Counted from the stretch's first letter, positions 29,131 to 39,821 are shown. The stretch: DNA of 64,000 nucleotides from Methanomassiliicoccaceae archaeon (GCA_040776945.1 JAXGZN010000002.1:928001-992000); one strand, 5' to 3'. The notes: a model not told the origin generated them from the letters alone. Numbers and translations are program-made.

Positions 29131-29418
29131 TCACAGTTTGCCCGCAGGCATGAGCACATAGGCAATGAGCGCGGCGTGCAGCGCCAAGAAAGCGTACACC
29201 AGATAGAACCTTGCCTTCCTCGTCTTATGGCGGAAGGCGCGCATGGCCGTAGCGGCGCCGAACGGCGCGGCCAGGGCGAGGAGAAGGAGCGTTCTCTCCG
29301 GTATGCGGCGCCTTTTCCTTCTAGCCGCCCTCTTATCGATGTAGTATGCGACGAAGGAGGCCGAGTTCACCAGCAGATATGTCCAGCCGAGGATGGCAAG
29401 GGCAGAGGGCACGCCCAT
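29131..29418 (-). CDS. DUF1294 membrane protein
   Basis: DKRAA, RRIPERTL, FRHKTRK. Confidence 0.9.
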   Translation of the reverse strand: MGVPSALAILGWTYLLVNSASFVAYYIDKRAARRKRRRIPERTLLLLALAAPFGAATAMRAFRHKTRKARFYLVYAFLALHAALIAYVLMPAGKL

Positions 29419-29419
29419 C

Positions 29420-30598
29420 TCACGCTTCCAAGAACCTCTTGAGGGTCGAGTTGAGCTCCCTCACCGACGGCTCGCTGACGATGAGCGGAGGGACCATGCG
29501 GACCACCCGCCCTCCGCAAACGTTGACCAGTATCCCGCTCTCGAGAGCGGCCTCCTGGAACCTCTTGGCCTCGTCGCCCATCTCCATTCCTATCATCAGC
29601 CCCCGGCCTCTCACGTCCTTAATAGCCCCACCGTGGACGGCCAACGATCTCAGTTCCTGGGACCACCTGCTGCCCAGCTCGGCGGACCGCTCCACCAGCT
29701 TGTCGCGCCTCATGACCTCTATGACCGTCCTGGCAACCGCTGCTGCCAGAGGGTTCCCGCCGAAGGTTGTGCCATGGCTCCCGGGCTTGAACGAGGCGGC
29801 GATCTCCGGGGTACTTAGCAAGGCCCCGATGGGCATGCCGTTACCCAGTGCTTTGGCCAGGGTAACGATGTCCGGGACTACGCCGTAGTGCTGGAAGCCG
29901 AACCATTTCCCAGTGCGGCCCATGCCGGTCTGCACCTCATCGACGATGAGCAGCGCGCCGCGCTCGTCGCAAAGGTCCCGGGCGGCGCGTATGAACTCCT
30001 CGCTCGCCGGGACCACTCCGCCCTCTCCCTGAATGGGCTCGAGGATCACCGCCGCGGTGTTCCTGGTGACTGCGGACTTGAGCTGCTCCGGGCTGTTGTA
30101 ATCGATGAAGTCGAACACCTTGGGCAGAAGCGGCTCGAACCCTGATTGATATTTTGGCTGCCCCGTGGCCGAAAGGGTGACCGACGTCCGGCCGTGGAAG
30201 GAGTTCTTCGTCGATACCACGCGGCCGCGTCCAGTGGCCTTCACCGCCAGCTTGAGGGCGCCCTCGTTCGCCTCGGCCCCGCTGTTGCAGAACAGCGCCT
30301 TCTCCAGGGGGGCGGGTGCCACTCCGGCCAGAGCCTCGGCGGCCAGGGCCTGCTCCCTCACCAGGTACAGGTTGGACACGTGCATCAGGCGCCCGGCCTG
30401 ACGGCATATGGTGCTGACGATATCGGGGTGCGAGTGGCCAAGCGAGTTCACCGCGATCCCGGCCACCAGGTCGATGTACCTCCGTCCGGATAGATCATAA
30501 AGGAACTCTTTCTCGCCGCGCTCGAAGCAAAGGTCCTGCCGTCCGTAGTTCTGGAACAGGAACCTGTGGTCCAGCTCCCTCACCTTGTCTATGTCCAT
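29420..30598 (-). CDS. argD: Acetylornithine aminotransferase
   Basis: GIAVNSLGH, HVSNLY, DEVQTGMGRTG, HGTTFGGNP; in arg operon. Confidence 0.93.
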   Translation of the reverse strand: MDIDKVRELDHRFLFQNYGRQDLCFERGEKEFLYDLSGRRYIDLVAGIAVNSLGHSHPDIVSTICRQAGRLMHVSNLYLVREQALAAEALAGVAPAPLEKALFCNSGAEANEGALKLAVKATGRGRVVSTKNSFHGRTSVTLSATGQPKYQSGFEPLLPKVFDFIDYNSPEQLKSAVTRNTAAVILEPIQGEGGVVPASEEFIRAARDLCDERGALLIVDEVQTGMGRTGKWFGFQHYGVVPDIVTLAKALGNGMPIGALLSTPEIAASFKPGSHGTTFGGNPLAAAVARTVIEVMRRDKLVERSAELGSRWSQELRSLAVHGGAIKDVRGRGLMIGMEMGDEAKRFQEAALESGILVNVCGGRVVRMVPPLIVSEPSVRELNSTLKRFLEA

Positions 30599-30601
30599 GG
30601 T

Positions 30602-31438
30602 TCAACCCGCCGTTATCTTTGTTCCGACGTCCTCCTCCCTCAGCAGTTTCCTGACCAGGGAGCGCGGCTCCTTTCCGTTCAGCATGTACACTGTCCTCGC
30701 TCCATTGAGCAGAGCGGTGCGGCATGCTTCCACCTTGGGGACCATCCCGCCTGTGATCGTACCGTCGGCGATGAGCTCGTCGATCCTTCTCAGCGTGATC
30801 GAGCGGACCACCTGTCCGTCCTTAAGGATCCCGGGAACGTCGGTGACCAGGACCATCTCCGGAGCCCCCGCGGCCCTGGCGACGTGGGCGGCCACCGTGT
30901 CGGCGTTGACGTTGTACCTGGTCCCGTCAGGGGATGCACAGATGGGATATATCACCGGGACCTTTCCTTCGGACATCAGGGCCTCCAAGCGCTTTGGGTC
31001 CACCCCCGACACGTCTCCGACACGTCCTAGGTCCACCGAGGTCTCCTTGCCGCCTTCGCCCGCGACCGTCACCGAAGGCATCTTCGACGCGATCACCGCG
31101 GCGTCGCAGCCGGACAGCCCCACCGCAGCAACGCCTTCGCGGGCGAGAGCGGAGACGATGCGGGAGTTGATCCGCGCGAGCACCTCGTCCGCCACCTCAA
31201 GCGCCGCGGCGTCGGTGACCCGTAGCCCGGAGATCTTCTCAACCCTGAGGCCGCGCCTTTCCATCTCCTCCGATATCTCCGGCCCGCCCCCATGCACCAG
31301 CACCGGGCGTATGCCTGCCGCTATCAGCGAGGCCAGGTCCTCGCCGAACCGCTCCAGGTCGCCCTCTCCGCTGAGGGCGTTGCCGCCGAACTTGATGAGC
31401 ACGCGGCGCTCCGGTCCTCGATTCGACACCATCAGCAT
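30602..31438 (-). CDS. argB: Acetylglutamate kinase
   Basis: IKFGGN, VHGGGP, GLRVTD, NVNAD, GGMVPK. Confidence 0.95.
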   Translation of the reverse strand: MLMVSNRGPERRVLIKFGGNALSGEGDLERFGEDLASLIAAGIRPVLVHGGGPEISEEMERRGLRVEKISGLRVTDAAALEVADEVLARINSRIVSALAREGVAAVGLSGCDAAVIASKMPSVTVAGEGGKETSVDLGRVGDVSGVDPKRLEALMSEGKVPVIYPICASPDGTRYNVNADTVAAHVARAAGAPEMVLVTDVPGILKDGQVVRSITLRRIDELIADGTITGGMVPKVEACRTALLNGARTVYMLNGKEPRSLVRKLLREEDVGTKITAG

Positions 31439-31440
31439 CC

Positions 31441-32667
31441 CTAGGTGGTGTACTCGGCGTTGATCTTCACGTACTCATAGGTGAGGTCGCAGCCCCATGC
31501 CTCGGCCTTGCCGTTCCCCACGCCGAGCTCGAGGTTCATGGATATGTTGTGGTCGGACAGCAGCTTGCGGGCCTTGACCTCGGTTTCCGAACACGGCTTC
31601 ACCTGGGGCACGCCGCCCTCGAAAAGGACGACCTCCTCTCCGTGGCTCCCGATGGTAAGTCGAAGCTTGTTGATGTCGAACTCGCTGCCCGAATTGCCGA
31701 GGGCCGCGAGCACCCGGCCGAAGTTGGGGTCGGCCCCGAATATGGCGGTCTTCACCAAGCTGGAGGATATGATCCACCGCCCGGCGGCCCGCGCCTCGCG
31801 GTCGTTCTTGGCCCCGGTGACCTTGAGCTCGATGAGCTTGGTAGCACCCTCGCCGTCCAGCACTACTTGCTTGGCGAGGGATTGAAGCACGTACAGCACG
31901 CCGCTCCAGTACTCCGGGTTATCATCGACCGGCTTGCCGCCGGCGGCGCCGTTGGCCATGAACACCGATATGTCGTTGGTGCTCTGGTCCCCGTCGACAT
32001 TGATCATGTTGAAGCTCTTGTTGATGCATTCCTGCCACTTCCACTCCGGGGCCTTGGTGAGCACAGCGTCGGAGGTGACGAAGCTGAGGGTGGTGGCGTG
32101 CTTGGTCTTCATGGACGGCGAGATCATCCCGGAGCCCTTGGCCATCCCTGCGATGGTGACCACGGTCCCGTCCTTGAGGGTGACCTGGCAGGCGGCCTCC
32201 TTGATCGTCTTGTCTGTGGTGAGTATTGCCATGTTGGCCCGGTGGTCATGCTCCCGTCCTGTTCCCAGCTCGCCGGCTATGCGCTCGATCCCCGAGACCA
32301 GCTTGTCCATCGGCAGGAAACGGCCGATCACACCGGTGGACGCGACCCCCACAAGGGCCGGATCGAGGCCCAGGACCTTGGCGGCGGTCTCTGACATTGC
32401 GACAGCGTCCCTCATGCCCTGGGGACCGGTGATGGCATTGGCATTGCCGCTGTTCACGATGAACGCCTGCAGCTTCCCGCTGTGCCGCTGTATCATTAGC
32501 TCCACAGGAGCGGCCCTCATCTTGTTCTGCGTATAGGCGCAGGCGGCGATGGCCGGCCTTTCCGAGAATATCATCGCCAGGTCCAGCCTCTCTTTCTTTA
32601 TGCCGCAGTGAATGCCTGTCGCCTTGAAGCCCTTGGGGGTCGTGACCCCGCCGTCGATGGTGTTCAT
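31441..32667 (-). CDS. argJ: Ornithine acetyltransferase / N-acetylglutamate synthase
   Basis: NSGNANA, ASTGVIG, AKGSGMI, DGEGATK, INAEYTT. Confidence 0.95.
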   Translation of the reverse strand: MNTIDGGVTTPKGFKATGIHCGIKKERLDLAMIFSERPAIAACAYTQNKMRAAPVELMIQRHSGKLQAFIVNSGNANAITGPQGMRDAVAMSETAAKVLGLDPALVGVASTGVIGRFLPMDKLVSGIERIAGELGTGREHDHRANMAILTTDKTIKEAACQVTLKDGTVVTIAGMAKGSGMISPSMKTKHATTLSFVTSDAVLTKAPEWKWQECINKSFNMINVDGDQSTNDISVFMANGAAGGKPVDDNPEYWSGVLYVLQSLAKQVVLDGEGATKLIELKVTGAKNDREARAAGRWIISSSLVKTAIFGADPNFGRVLAALGNSGSEFDINKLRLTIGSHGEEVVLFEGGVPQVKPCSETEVKARKLLSDHNISMNLELGVGNGKAEAWGCDLTYEYVKINAEYTT

Positions 32668-32670
32668 CTC

Positions 32671-33690
32671 CTACACTCCTAGTCCGGGGAAATCGAGACC
32701 GACGGTCTCGTCCATTTTGAACATCACGTTCGCGTTCTGGACCGCCTGGCCGGCCGCTCCCTTCACCAGGTTGTCCAGCGATCCCATTGCCACGACCGTG
32801 CCGGCTTCCGCCCTCTCGAGGCCGACCTCTATGAAGTTCGAGCCTACCGTGGAAGGTATCGAGGGCACGGACGCCTGCCGGACGAACCTCCGCCCGGCGT
32901 AGTACGCATCGTAGAGCGCCTGCAATTCGTCCTTGTTCTTATCCTTTTTCAATGTGACATAGCTGGTCGTGAGCATTCCCCGCACTATGGGGAGAAGGTG
33001 CGGCGTGAACACCACTACGTTGCCAGCGTCGGAGACCGCATCGAGGACCATCTTGATCTCCGGCGTGTGGCGGTGGCCAACCACCTTGTACGGAGTGATG
33101 GAAGCGCCGCAGGCGGGATGGTGGGTGGCCTTGCTCGGCTCGGCCCCTGCTCCCGAGGTCCCGCTCTTGGCGTCGATTATGACCTTGCCATCCACAAGCC
33201 CAGAGGCCATCAGCGGAGCCAGGGAAAGGACCGAGCAGGTCGGATAGCAGCCAGGGTTGGCCACAAGATCGGCGCGGGCCACGGCGTCGCGGTAGATCTC
33301 GGTCATTCCATACACCGCCCGCTCCAGGCCGTCCAGGTCCTTGTGGGATTGCCCGTACCACTTCTCATAGACAGCGGGATCGCGCAGCCGGTAGTCGCCG
33401 CTGAGGTCGATGACCTTGATCCCCCTGGATAGAAGTCCGGGGGCGATCTCCATGGAAGCTCCGTGGGGCGTGGCCAGGAACGCGAGGTCGATGTCCGCGT
33501 CCTCGCTCAGCTGAGCCTCGAAGGCCAGGTCCACGAAGCCTTTGAGGGACGGCAACGCCCGGTGGACCGGGATGCCCGCGTTCTGCCTAGATGTCATTAC
33601 TTCCAGAGATATCTCTGGGTGGCGAGAAAGAATCCGCCCGAGCTCGCTCCCGGTGTACCCGGAGCCTCCTACCACGGCCGCCTTAACCAT
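32671..33690 (-). CDS. argC: N-acetyl-gamma-glutamyl-phosphate reductase
   Basis: GGSGYTG, ANPGCYPT, SGTSGAG, DNLVKGAAGQA. Confidence 0.96.
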   Translation of the reverse strand: MVKAAVVGGSGYTGSELGRILSRHPEISLEVMTSRQNAGIPVHRALPSLKGFVDLAFEAQLSEDADIDLAFLATPHGASMEIAPGLLSRGIKVIDLSGDYRLRDPAVYEKWYGQSHKDLDGLERAVYGMTEIYRDAVARADLVANPGCYPTCSVLSLAPLMASGLVDGKVIIDAKSGTSGAGAEPSKATHHPACGASITPYKVVGHRHTPEIKMVLDAVSDAGNVVVFTPHLLPIVRGMLTTSYVTLKKDKNKDELQALYDAYYAGRRFVRQASVPSIPSTVGSNFIEVGLERAEAGTVVAMGSLDNLVKGAAGQAVQNANVMFKMDETVGLDFPGLGV

Positions 33691-33910
33691 TCCAGTTACC
33701 CATTCGCAACGTTTTAGGGCCGTTGATAAAAAGGTCAGGATATTAAGGATGATGACCCAAATGCGACAATAGCGTTCCCAGCTGTTGCTAGAGGGACTAT
33801 CTGGCTGGCCATCTTTCCTGATTGTCCGGCAAGAGACTCCAAGGGGGCCGTTTGTCGGAGTTCGTTCATAAGCCCTATATAATCAAGGCCTGGTGGACGG
33901 CCCGATAGTA

Positions 33911-35212
33911 ATGGTAAGCAGGAAGAAGAAGGACAGCGCCCCCAGGTCAGGCAGGAAGAAGGTCGTCCTAGCGTACTCCGGCGGACTGGACACGTCGGTG
34001 GCCATTCGCTGGCTCCAAGACAATTATGACCTCGACGTGGTGGCCGTCTCCATAGACGTGGGCCAGCCCGGGGACATGGAGAAGAACATCGACCGCGCCA
34101 AGTCCATCGGGGCGGTGGCCGCCTACGCCATCGACGCCCGGGAGGAGTTCGCCGAGAACTACGTCTGGCCGTCGCTCAAGGCCAACGCCCTGTATCAGGG
34201 CATCTATCCGCTGTCCACCGCAATAGCCAGGCCGCTCATCGCCAAGCTGCTGGTGGACGTGGCCCGCAAGGAGGGAGCGGAGTTCATCGCCCATGGGTGC
34301 ACCGCCAAGGGGAATGACCAGGTAAGGTTCGATGTAAGCATCGCCGCCCTCGCTCCCAACCTCGGGATCATCGCGCCGATGCGGGAGTGGGTCATGACCC
34401 GTGAGGAAGAGATCGACTACGCAAAGAAGAACGGGATCCCCGTGCCGGTCAAGAAGGCGTGCCCCTACTCTACGGACGAGAACCTGTGGGGACGCAGCTG
34501 CGAGTGCGGGGTGCTCGAGGACGCCTCCAAGGAGCCTCCTGAGGACTCTCGCGAGTGGACGGTGTCTCCGCAAAAGGCCCCTGACAGGCCGACCTACGTG
34601 GACATCGCCTTCGAGAAGGGTGTGCCTGTGTCCATCGACGGCCGCAGGCTTCCCCCGGTGGAACTTATCATGAGGCTCAACAAGCTCGCGGGGGAGAACG
34701 GCGTTGGACGCATCGACCATATCGAGGACCGCTTGGTCGGCATCAAGTCCCGTGAGACCTATGAGTGTCCGGCGGCGGTTACGCTCATCAAGGCGCACCA
34801 GGCCCTTGAGAGCATGGTCCTGACGAAGGACGTGCTTTCCTACAAGAGGGGGATCGAGCAGCGCTTTTCCGAACTGGCCTACGACGGCCTGTGGTTCTCC
34901 CCTCTCAGGGAGGCATTGGACGCGTTCGTGGAGAGCACGCAGAAGTTCGTCACCGGCATGGTCACGATGAAGCTGTACAAAGGGAATGTGGACGTGGTCG
35001 GCCGCGAATCGCCGTACTCGCTGTACAACGAGGGTCTCGCCACCTACGCCAAGGGAGATGAGTTCGACCACACCTCGGCCAAGGGCTTCATCTATGTTTG
35101 GGGCCTGCCGCTGCGCACGGTGGCGAGCGCTCACAGGTCCAAGATGAAGGTTGTGGACCAGGCGCCGGAGAAGGTCGCGCCCAAGAAGGTCCAGAGGAAA
35201 CGCGCCAAGTAG
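33911..35212 (+). CDS. argG: Argininosuccinate synthase
   Basis: AYSGGLDTS, HGCTAKGNDQVRF, GIKSRE. Confidence 0.97.
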   Translation: MVSRKKKDSAPRSGRKKVVLAYSGGLDTSVAIRWLQDNYDLDVVAVSIDVGQPGDMEKNIDRAKSIGAVAAYAIDAREEFAENYVWPSLKANALYQGIYPLSTAIARPLIAKLLVDVARKEGAEFIAHGCTAKGNDQVRFDVSIAALAPNLGIIAPMREWVMTREEEIDYAKKNGIPVPVKKACPYSTDENLWGRSCECGVLEDASKEPPEDSREWTVSPQKAPDRPTYVDIAFEKGVPVSIDGRRLPPVELIMRLNKLAGENGVGRIDHIEDRLVGIKSRETYECPAAVTLIKAHQALESMVLTKDVLSYKRGIEQRFSELAYDGLWFSPLREALDAFVESTQKFVTGMVTMKLYKGNVDVVGRESPYSLYNEGLATYAKGDEFDHTSAKGFIYVWGLPLRTVASAHRSKMKVVDQAPEKVAPKKVQRKRAK

Positions 35213-35220
35213 GGCGCGGC

Positions 35221-35250
35221 AAAACCCCTTTCAACCATCCCTTTTTTTAA
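35221..35250 (+). terminator. Pyrimidine/T-tract terminator candidate after argG
   Basis: CCCTTTCAACCATCCCTTTTTTT just after the stop. Confidence 0.45.
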
Positions 35251-35298
35251 CCGAGAGACGGTTGGAAGTGGCAGCGTTATAGAGCGTGAGGAACGGCC

Positions 35299-36768
35299 AT
35301 GAACGGAGAGAAGAGAACGCTTTGGTCCGGGAGGTTCAGCGAAGCGGCGGCGGAGAGCACGCTGGCGTTCACATCATCCTTGACGGTGGACCGCCGCCTG
35401 GCGCGCTACGATGTGCTGGGCTCGATGGCCCATGCGCGAATGTTGGGCCGCCAGGGGATAATATCATCAGAGGACAGTGAGACCATCCAGCAGGGGCTGC
35501 GAGAGATAATGGCGATGATCGAGGAGGACCGCCTCCCGGTGCAGGAGCGGCTGGAGGACATTCATTCCAACATCGAGTTCCTGCTCACCGATATGATCGG
35601 AGAAGCAGGCGCCCGCCTGCACACCGCCCGGAGCAGGAACGACCAGGTGGTCACCGACCTCCGCATGTTCATGCGTGACGCGACCCTGGACACGATGGAG
35701 GCTCTTAGGTCTCTGCAGAGGGCGATCATGGATAGGGCCAGCGACAGCCTGGACATCATTCTCCCCGGCTTCACCCACGTCCAACATGCCCAGCCGGTGA
35801 CGGTCGGGCATTGGTTGATGGCCCACTTCTTCCGCCTGCAGAGGGACTCCGAGAGATTGATGGACTCCTACCGCCGGGTGAACATCTCGCCGCTCGGCTC
35901 CGCCGCGCTGGCAGGGACCACGTACAGGATCGACCGGTTGTACACCTCAAGCCTGCTGGGGTTCGAGGCTCCGTGCCCGAACTCCATCGACGGCGTGTCC
36001 GACCGCGATTTCGTGGCGGAGTACCTTTTCGCCGCCGCCCTGATCGCCGTGCACCTATCCTCGCTGTGCGAGGAACTTGTCTACTGGTCGTCCTCCGAGT
36101 TCGGGTTCCTGGTCATGGCCGATGCCTATTCCACCGGCAGCAGCATAATGCCCCAGAAGAAGAACCCGGACGTGGCCGAATTGGTCCGCGGCCGGACAGG
36201 CGCGGCCATTGGGGACCTGGTCAATGTACTGTCAACGATGAAAGGCTTGCCCACCGCCTACAACCGCGACCTGCAGGAGGATAAGCCCGCGGTGTTTTCC
36301 ACCTATGATCGCCTGGTCCCCTGCCTCAACATGGCCGCGGCCATGGTGGCGACCATGGTTTTCAATAAGGAGCGCATGCTCGCCGCCTGCCGGGAGGGTT
36401 TCCTCAACGCGACCGACCTGGCGGACTACCTGGCGATGAGGGGGCTGCCCTTCCGCAGGGCCCACGAGGTGGTCGGGGCGGCGGTCCGGCATGCCATCGA
36501 GCTCGGGAAGCGGCTAGAGGAGCTGGAGCTTGATGAGCTGCGGGGATTCTGCGACCTGATCGAGGAGGACGTGTACTCCGTTCTTCCGATGGAGCGGTGC
36601 GTGGCCCGGCGGACCTCGATCGGGGGGACCTCTCCAGAGGTCACCCCAATGCAACTGAGCCAGGCAATGTCAGTGCTTCGCAGGCAGGGCGATTTCATCG
36701 ACCGCGAGCGCTCGAGGACGGAGAAGGCGTTCAGGTCCCTCATGGAGCAGGGGCCGAGCCAAGGTTGA
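35299..36768 (+). CDS. argH: Argininosuccinate lyase
   Basis: WSGRF, RSRNDQ, GSSIMPQKKNPD. Confidence 0.97.
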   Translation: MNGEKRTLWSGRFSEAAAESTLAFTSSLTVDRRLARYDVLGSMAHARMLGRQGIISSEDSETIQQGLREIMAMIEEDRLPVQERLEDIHSNIEFLLTDMIGEAGARLHTARSRNDQVVTDLRMFMRDATLDTMEALRSLQRAIMDRASDSLDIILPGFTHVQHAQPVTVGHWLMAHFFRLQRDSERLMDSYRRVNISPLGSAALAGTTYRIDRLYTSSLLGFEAPCPNSIDGVSDRDFVAEYLFAAALIAVHLSSLCEELVYWSSSEFGFLVMADAYSTGSSIMPQKKNPDVAELVRGRTGAAIGDLVNVLSTMKGLPTAYNRDLQEDKPAVFSTYDRLVPCLNMAAAMVATMVFNKERMLAACREGFLNATDLADYLAMRGLPFRRAHEVVGAAVRHAIELGKRLEELELDELRGFCDLIEEDVYSVLPMERCVARRTSIGGTSPEVTPMQLSQAMSVLRRQGDFIDRERSRTEKAFRSLMEQGPSQG

Positions 36769-36868
36769 AAAGGTCAGGTCTCCTGCTTTGCACGTGATGT
36801 TGGCGATTTGGAACTGCCTGTGTGCCCATGTTCCGTTCTGGTCGCCTGACCGTCCATTGCCGCCGGCT

Positions 36869-37234
36869 CTAGTCCTTGGGACCTAGGGCGTTCCACTGAA
36901 GGGTGTGCTTGACGCCAGCCTTGGTGAGTATCTTGCTGACCCTCTCGCTCAGCCTGACGACCTCGCTCCCGGCGATGTTGGACTTCAAGTAGAACTGTCG
37001 GCTACCCAGCGGAAAGATGAGCCGCATGCGCCCCTTTCGGTTGTACCCCTCAGGTTTCTGGTTCTTGCGCAGCGCCTGCTGGTTAAGATAGATGAACATC
37101 TGCAGGACATCATTATCGTCCGGCATCTGGTCGGTCTCTTCGAGGAAGGTTGTCAGGATCTCGGGAAAAATTTCAGCCAGATCGCTATATTGGAAGCTCT
37201 CTTCAAAGACGAAATGACCGCTGGTCGCCTTCAT
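36869..37234 (-). CDS. Hypothetical protein
   Basis: 121-aa ORF with genome-typical codon usage and a TATA-like element upstream. Confidence 0.7.
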   Translation of the reverse strand: MKATSGHFVFEESFQYSDLAEIFPEILTTFLEETDQMPDDNDVLQMFIYLNQQALRKNQKPEGYNRKGRMRLIFPLGSRQFYLKSNIAGSEVVRLSERVSKILTKAGVKHTLQWNALGPKD

Positions 37235-37356
37235 TGAACATTTTTGAAGGGGGGATATATATTTATACTTTATCTCCAAGCGGCCATGCCGGACCCGAAG
37301 GGATGGGGGGGATGCCCGAAGCAGGAGTATATATCGGGCAAGTGATTTTCTGTTGT

Positions 37357-38652
37357 ATGCTCGTCGCGCTTACCATCGCTGGCTCGGATTCGATAGGAGG
37401 GGCGGGCATCCAGGCGGACATCAGGGCAATGGCCTCCCAGGGGGTCCACGCCGCAGTGGCCTTGACCGCGGTCACGGCGCAGAACACCACCCGAGTATCT
37501 GGAATATTCCCCCTCCCGGCGGAGGAGGTTGTGGCCCAGCTCGATGCCGTGCTGGAGGACGTCCATGTGTCCGCTGCCAAGACCGGGATGCTGTTCTCGG
37601 CGGGAATAGCCTCGGCGGTCGCTGACCGACTTGACGGCGAAAAATTCCCACTGGTCGTCGACCCGGTCATGGTCGCTGGGGTCGGGGACGCGCTGAACCG
37701 CGATGATCTGATCGGGGCGCTGAGGGACCGCATCTTGCCCATGGCGACCATGCTCACTCCCAATGTTCCGGAGGCGGAGGCCCTGGTAGGATACAGGATC
37801 GATGATCAGACAGACGTCCGGCGGGCCTGCCGCGAGCTTGCTGGCATGGGGGCGGAAGCGGTGCTCCTCAAGGGCGGGCACATGGAGACCAATGACTGCA
37901 CCGACACACTGTTCCACGATGGTAAGTTCCTCTCCATGAGCTTTCCTCGGGTGAACGTGCGCGGCCACGGAGGAGGATGCATCCTATCCTCTTATCTGGC
38001 CGCAAACCTGGCCAAGGGGCATGGGATATGGGAGAGCGCTCTGATGGCCAGAACGGCCATTGACGAGTCGATCTCCGCCCGTTACGTCATCGGTCGGGGA
38101 GTGCCGTTGGTGGAGCCGCTTGGCGCAAAGCTCCGCGACGCCCAGAGATATGAGGTGTTGTCCCGGCTGCGGAACACGGCGCTCAAGGTGGAGAGCGCTC
38201 TCGAGCGCCTTTCCTCCCCGGAAACGCTGGAGATCTACTTCGCTCTTCCCGGGGCGGAGAGCGCGAAGGACGTAGGCTCCGTGGCGGTCATGCCCTCCGA
38301 GAAGGGCGGCGTGGGATGCGGGTCCTTCGGCGCCTCCGAAGCCTCGAACCGTTCGGCCCTGGCGGCCGTGTGCCTGGACGGTAGGATGAGGGCGGGTGCG
38401 AAGGTGAGGCTTACGGACGAGCGTGCCAGAGCGATCAGGGCCTCGGACCTGACGTCCAGGGTGGTGAGGGCTGGCCGACGCCCGCCATCTGTGGCCGGGA
38501 CCGGTGCAGAAAGCGCATTGGTCCATCTGGGCTTCGTCCCAGATGTTGTGATCGACAGGGGTGGAGGGGGGCGAGAAGCGGCCGTTTGGCTCTTCGCCCG
38601 CACGCCCGAGGAGCTACTGGGCAAGCTAATGGTGGCCCTGGGCAGAGGATAG
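37357..38652 (+). CDS. thiD: HMP/HMP-P kinase with C-terminal ThiN-like domain
   Basis: TIAGSDSIGGAGIQAD, AKTGML, VVDPVM, TPNVPEA; C-terminal PDVVIDRGGGGRE. Confidence 0.9.
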   Translation: MLVALTIAGSDSIGGAGIQADIRAMASQGVHAAVALTAVTAQNTTRVSGIFPLPAEEVVAQLDAVLEDVHVSAAKTGMLFSAGIASAVADRLDGEKFPLVVDPVMVAGVGDALNRDDLIGALRDRILPMATMLTPNVPEAEALVGYRIDDQTDVRRACRELAGMGAEAVLLKGGHMETNDCTDTLFHDGKFLSMSFPRVNVRGHGGGCILSSYLAANLAKGHGIWESALMARTAIDESISARYVIGRGVPLVEPLGAKLRDAQRYEVLSRLRNTALKVESALERLSSPETLEIYFALPGAESAKDVGSVAVMPSEKGGVGCGSFGASEASNRSALAAVCLDGRMRAGAKVRLTDERARAIRASDLTSRVVRAGRRPPSVAGTGAESALVHLGFVPDVVIDRGGGGREAAVWLFARTPEELLGKLMVALGRG

Positions 38653-38654
38653 GC

Positions 38655-39821
38655 ATGCGCGTAGCGATGTTCACCGACAGTTTCCTCCCTGCGAGGGACG
38701 GGGTGGTCAACTCCATCCTCACGACCAAGGCCCAGCTCGAGCGGCTTGGCCATGAGGTGTTCATCTTCGCTCCTGAGCCCTGCAACGGCTACCGGGTGGA
38801 CGACGTCTACTATTTCCGATCTCTGACCTACAAGCGCTATCCCGGCTACAGCTTCTCCCCCTTCCCGACCAACAAGTGCGAGATCCTGAACGACCTGGAC
38901 ATCGATGTGATCCACACGCACGGGCTGCTGTTCATGGGCGTTCGCTCCATGTTCGCCGCAAGGACGATGAAACTTCCTGTGGTCGTTTCGTTCCATACCA
39001 TGATCACCGACGCCGCCAAGTACTACGCTCCATTGCCCATCCCCGAGTGGATGACCAATCGCTTGTTCTGGATCTACCTGAAGCAGCTCCTTGAGAGAGC
39101 GGACTCGGTCGTGGCCCCGACCGCGGCCATCAAGTCCGAGCTGCTTACCTATGCGCCAGCTATGCATCGGGTGGAGGTGATCCCTACTGGCGTTGACTGC
39201 GAACGCTTCCACCCAGAGAACGATGGCTCAGCTGTGCGGCGCCGGTATGGTCTGGACGGGGAGAAGGTACTGCTGCATGTCGGGAGGGTGGCCATGGAAA
39301 AGAACCTGGACCTGGTCATAGAAGGCTTCTCGAAGCTGTTGAGGAAGGACCCCATGGTCCGGCTGCTGATCGTTGGTGATGGGCCGGCCAAGAAACATTA
39401 CCAAGAGGCGGTCAGGGACCGGGGTCTTGACGGGAGGGTGGTCTTCACCGGGTTCATCCCTGACGAGGAGCTGCCCCAGGTCTATGCGGCCTGCGATGCC
39501 ACGGTCATCGCGTCGAAGTTCGAAACGCAGGGCCTGGTCGGCCTGGAGGCCATGGCCAGCGGGAAGCCTGTTGCCGGGATCAACTATCGGGCGGTGAAGG
39601 AGCTCATTCGGAAGGGTGAGAACGGATATGTGTTCGAGGACGACCCTGACTCCTGCGCCGAGGCCATGAGGTGCGTGCTGGACCGGTCCGAACAGATGAG
39701 GTGGAGCGCAAGGCGGTATGCCCTAGGCTACTCGGTGCAGCTGAGTGTGGAGAAGCTGCTTGAGCTGTACGAGTATTCCATCGAAAGAAAGAGGATGGTC
39801 CTGGAGGGAAAGGTATTCTAA
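38655..39821 (+). CDS. GT4 glycosyltransferase (monoglycosyl-lipid synthase-like)
   Basis: MRVAMFTDSFLP..DGV, GRVAMEKN, ETQGLVGLEAMASG. Confidence 0.9.
   Translation: MRVAMFTDSFLPARDGVVNSILTTKAQLERLGHEVFIFAPEPCNGYRVDDVYYFRSLTYKRYPGYSFSPFPTNKCEILNDLDIDVIHTHGLLFMGVRSMFAARTMKLPVVVSFHTMITDAAKYYAPLPIPEWMTNRLFWIYLKQLLERADSVVAPTAAIKSELLTYAPAMHRVEVIPTGVDCERFHPENDGSAVRRRYGLDGEKVLLHVGRVAMEKNLDLVIEGFSKLLRKDPMVRLLIVGDGPAKKHYQEAVRDRGLDGRVVFTGFIPDEELPQVYAACDATVIASKFETQGLVGLEAMASGKPVAGINYRAVKELIRKGENGYVFEDDPDSCAEAMRCVLDRSEQMRWSARRYALGYSVQLSVEKLLELYEYSIERKRMVLEGKVF

Noticed and set aside
33968-35134. Long antisense or alternate-frame ORFs (also 366-1208, 5302-6393, 31549-32394, 38235-39212, 58172-59356)
   Set aside because: Shadow ORFs of well-supported genes, expected from high GC3 codon usage; no recognisable motifs
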